DNA from: Steroidobacteraceae bacterium
GTDB lineage: Bacteria > Pseudomonadota > Gammaproteobacteria > Steroidobacterales > Steroidobacteraceae
DNA: 64,000 nucleotides
Reading direction: 5' to 3'
Assembly: GCA_025451845.1 (NCBI GenBank)
Contig: JANWJS010000028.1
Location: 28,189-92,188 of the forward strand
Position 1 is the stretch's first letter, and each line of letters begins with the position of its first letter. A program made the translations under genes and the position numbers. This document shows, one piece after another, positions 62,732-64,000 of the stretch. The notes beneath the pieces are model-generated. The model was not told where the DNA came from and ran no database searches. It worked only from the letters and a program-made list of their open reading frames with translations.

Positions 62732-63387
62732 TGGAACGGCACTACCCGCGTCTCCGGCCAGCTCTTGGGAGTTTCCGGCAGAAGCTCATCGGGGCCGTTG
62801 GGGTCATCAGGATAGGCGCGCGTGATGGGCGGCAGGTGAATGACGCTGTTGGCCCAGCCCTGGTGGTAGTCGGCCCGCCAGAGCATGTTGTAGTGGAGGC
62901 ATTTGATTTTCCAGGTGCCGTCCTCCTTGACATACGTGTTCTCGTAGATGCCGGCCTCCCAGAACTGCCGGGGAAAGTTCGGGATGGGATCGGGCATGCT
63001 CTCGTGGCAGCCGCCCTGCAGCACGCAGCGGAATCGGCCCTTGGCGGTGAGGCCGTCAGCGGCGACATCGACGACGTCCTGCAGCATCAGGTGATCCAGC
63101 AGGAGCCCGCGCAGAGGGCCATTCACACCGCCGGTGAAGTACTTGCGGAACCAGTTGCAGTAGAGGCGCCGGATCCCGGCCTTGCCGCGGTAGACGCCGT
63201 TGAGGAAGCGGACTTCGCCGGTGTCGGCGAAGAGCGTCACGGCTTCGTCGTAGAGGCACTTGTCGATGTAATAACCGTACTTGTACTGCAGGTACGTGAC
63301 TGCGTGGGTGTCTTCGAGGCGTGCGATGTGGCGCGCAAGCTCCGTGACGCGGTTCTCCAGCGCGGCAAGCGCATTTGGATCGGTCAT
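62689..63387 (-). CDS. NTF2-like / SnoaL-like protein
   Basis: LED..AV..LQYKYGYYID, YENTYVKEDGTWKI. Confidence 0.75.
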   Translation of the reverse strand: MTDPNALAALENRVTELARHIARLEDTHAVTYLQYKYGYYIDKCLYDEAVTLFADTGEVRFLNGVYRGKAGIRRLYCNWFRKYFTGGVNGPLRGLLLDHLMLQDVVDVAADGLTAKGRFRCVLQGGCHESMPDPIPNFPRQFWEAGIYENTYVKEDGTWKIKCLHYNMLWRADYHQGWANSVIHLPPITRAYPDDPNGPDELLPETPKSWPETRVVPFHYPHPVTGKRWGDT

Positions 63388-63529
63388 GCCATCCCCCTGG
63401 GCCTGAAGGCTCTCTGATAACGCGCGATTATGATGGCATAGCCCATTGGCGCCACGCCGGCCAATGACCCCGGTAAGATGGCGCTACCGGAATATCCGGC
63501 CGGAACAGCCCAAAAGGCAGGTGACCCTC

Positions 63530-64000
63530 TTGGCGGCGATAGGCAGCGAGCGTGTTCTCTCCGTCCAGCACTGGACGGATACGCAATTCACGTTCACCAC
63601 GACGCGGGACTCGGGGCTGCGCTTCGAGAACGGCCAGTTCGTCATGGTGGGGCTGCATGTGGACAGCCGCCCGCTGCTGCGCGCCTATAGCATCGCGAGC
63701 GCCAATCACGAGGAGCACCTCGAGTTTCTGAGCATCAAGGTCCCTGACGGTCCCCTCACCTCACGCCTGCAGCACATTCGCCAGGGTGACGAGGTCCTGG
63801 TCAGCCGCAAGCCCACGGGCACGCTGGTGCTGCACGATCTCAAGCCTGGCAAGCGGCTCTACATGCTCTCCACCGGCACCGGGGCGGCGCCCTTCATGGC
63901 GCTCATCAAGGACCCGGAGATTTACGAGCGCTTCGAGCAAATCGTGTTCGTGCATGGCGTGCGCTGGGCGCGGGAAACGGCCGTAGTCGAGGACCGCATC
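63530..64000 (+). CDS. fpr: Ferredoxin--NADP+ reductase (3'-truncated by window edge)
   Basis: ERVLSVQHW, RFENGQFVMVGL, RAYSIAS, GPLTSRLQ, STGTG; TTG 63530 or GTG 63521. Confidence 0.92.
   Translation, partial: MAAIGSERVLSVQHWTDTQFTFTTTRDSGLRFENGQFVMVGLHVDSRPLLRAYSIASANHEEHLEFLSIKVPDGPLTSRLQHIRQGDEVLVSRKPTGTLVLHDLKPGKRLYMLSTGTGAAPFMALIKDPEIYERFEQIVFVHGVRWARETAVVEDRI

Noticed and set aside
63478..63690. 70-aa ORF suggesting a frameshifted fpr
   Set aside because: fpr is intact in another frame from 63521/63530 and only runs off the window.

Overview
High-GC gammaproteobacterial chromosomal window. The gene content resembles Xanthomonadales/Steroidobacteraceae (lysC-lysA fusion, SAM-I/metX-metB, yerC-his operon, AddAB-like pair); this taxonomic call is inference. 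It is mostly core genes: end of a T2SS operon (gspJ-N), addAB, alaA, a peptide ABC transporter, etfBA, tonB-exbB-exbD-exbD, ilvD, ilvC-leuACDB, metXB, the his operon, cls, mrcB, lysCA, ackA, yqjDEK-like genes, leucine-catabolism genes and fpr. The best find is an 880-bp non-autonomous IS200/IS605 element (42081-42960) carrying an internally deleted tnpB. It sits exactly in the ATGA stop/start overlap of hisF/hisIE. Its inferred target (TCAT) is the reverse complement of ATGA, its right end rebuilds the hisF stop codon, and its left end supplies an RBS for hisIE, so both proteins are unchanged. Other observations: a probable ATT start for hisF and CTG start for mrcB, palindromic repeats in-frame in the oppC and hisB N-termini, a Leu-rich attenuator, a SAM-I riboswitch and a TrpR-type operator. 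No CRISPR array, tRNA, rRNA or prophage was seen.
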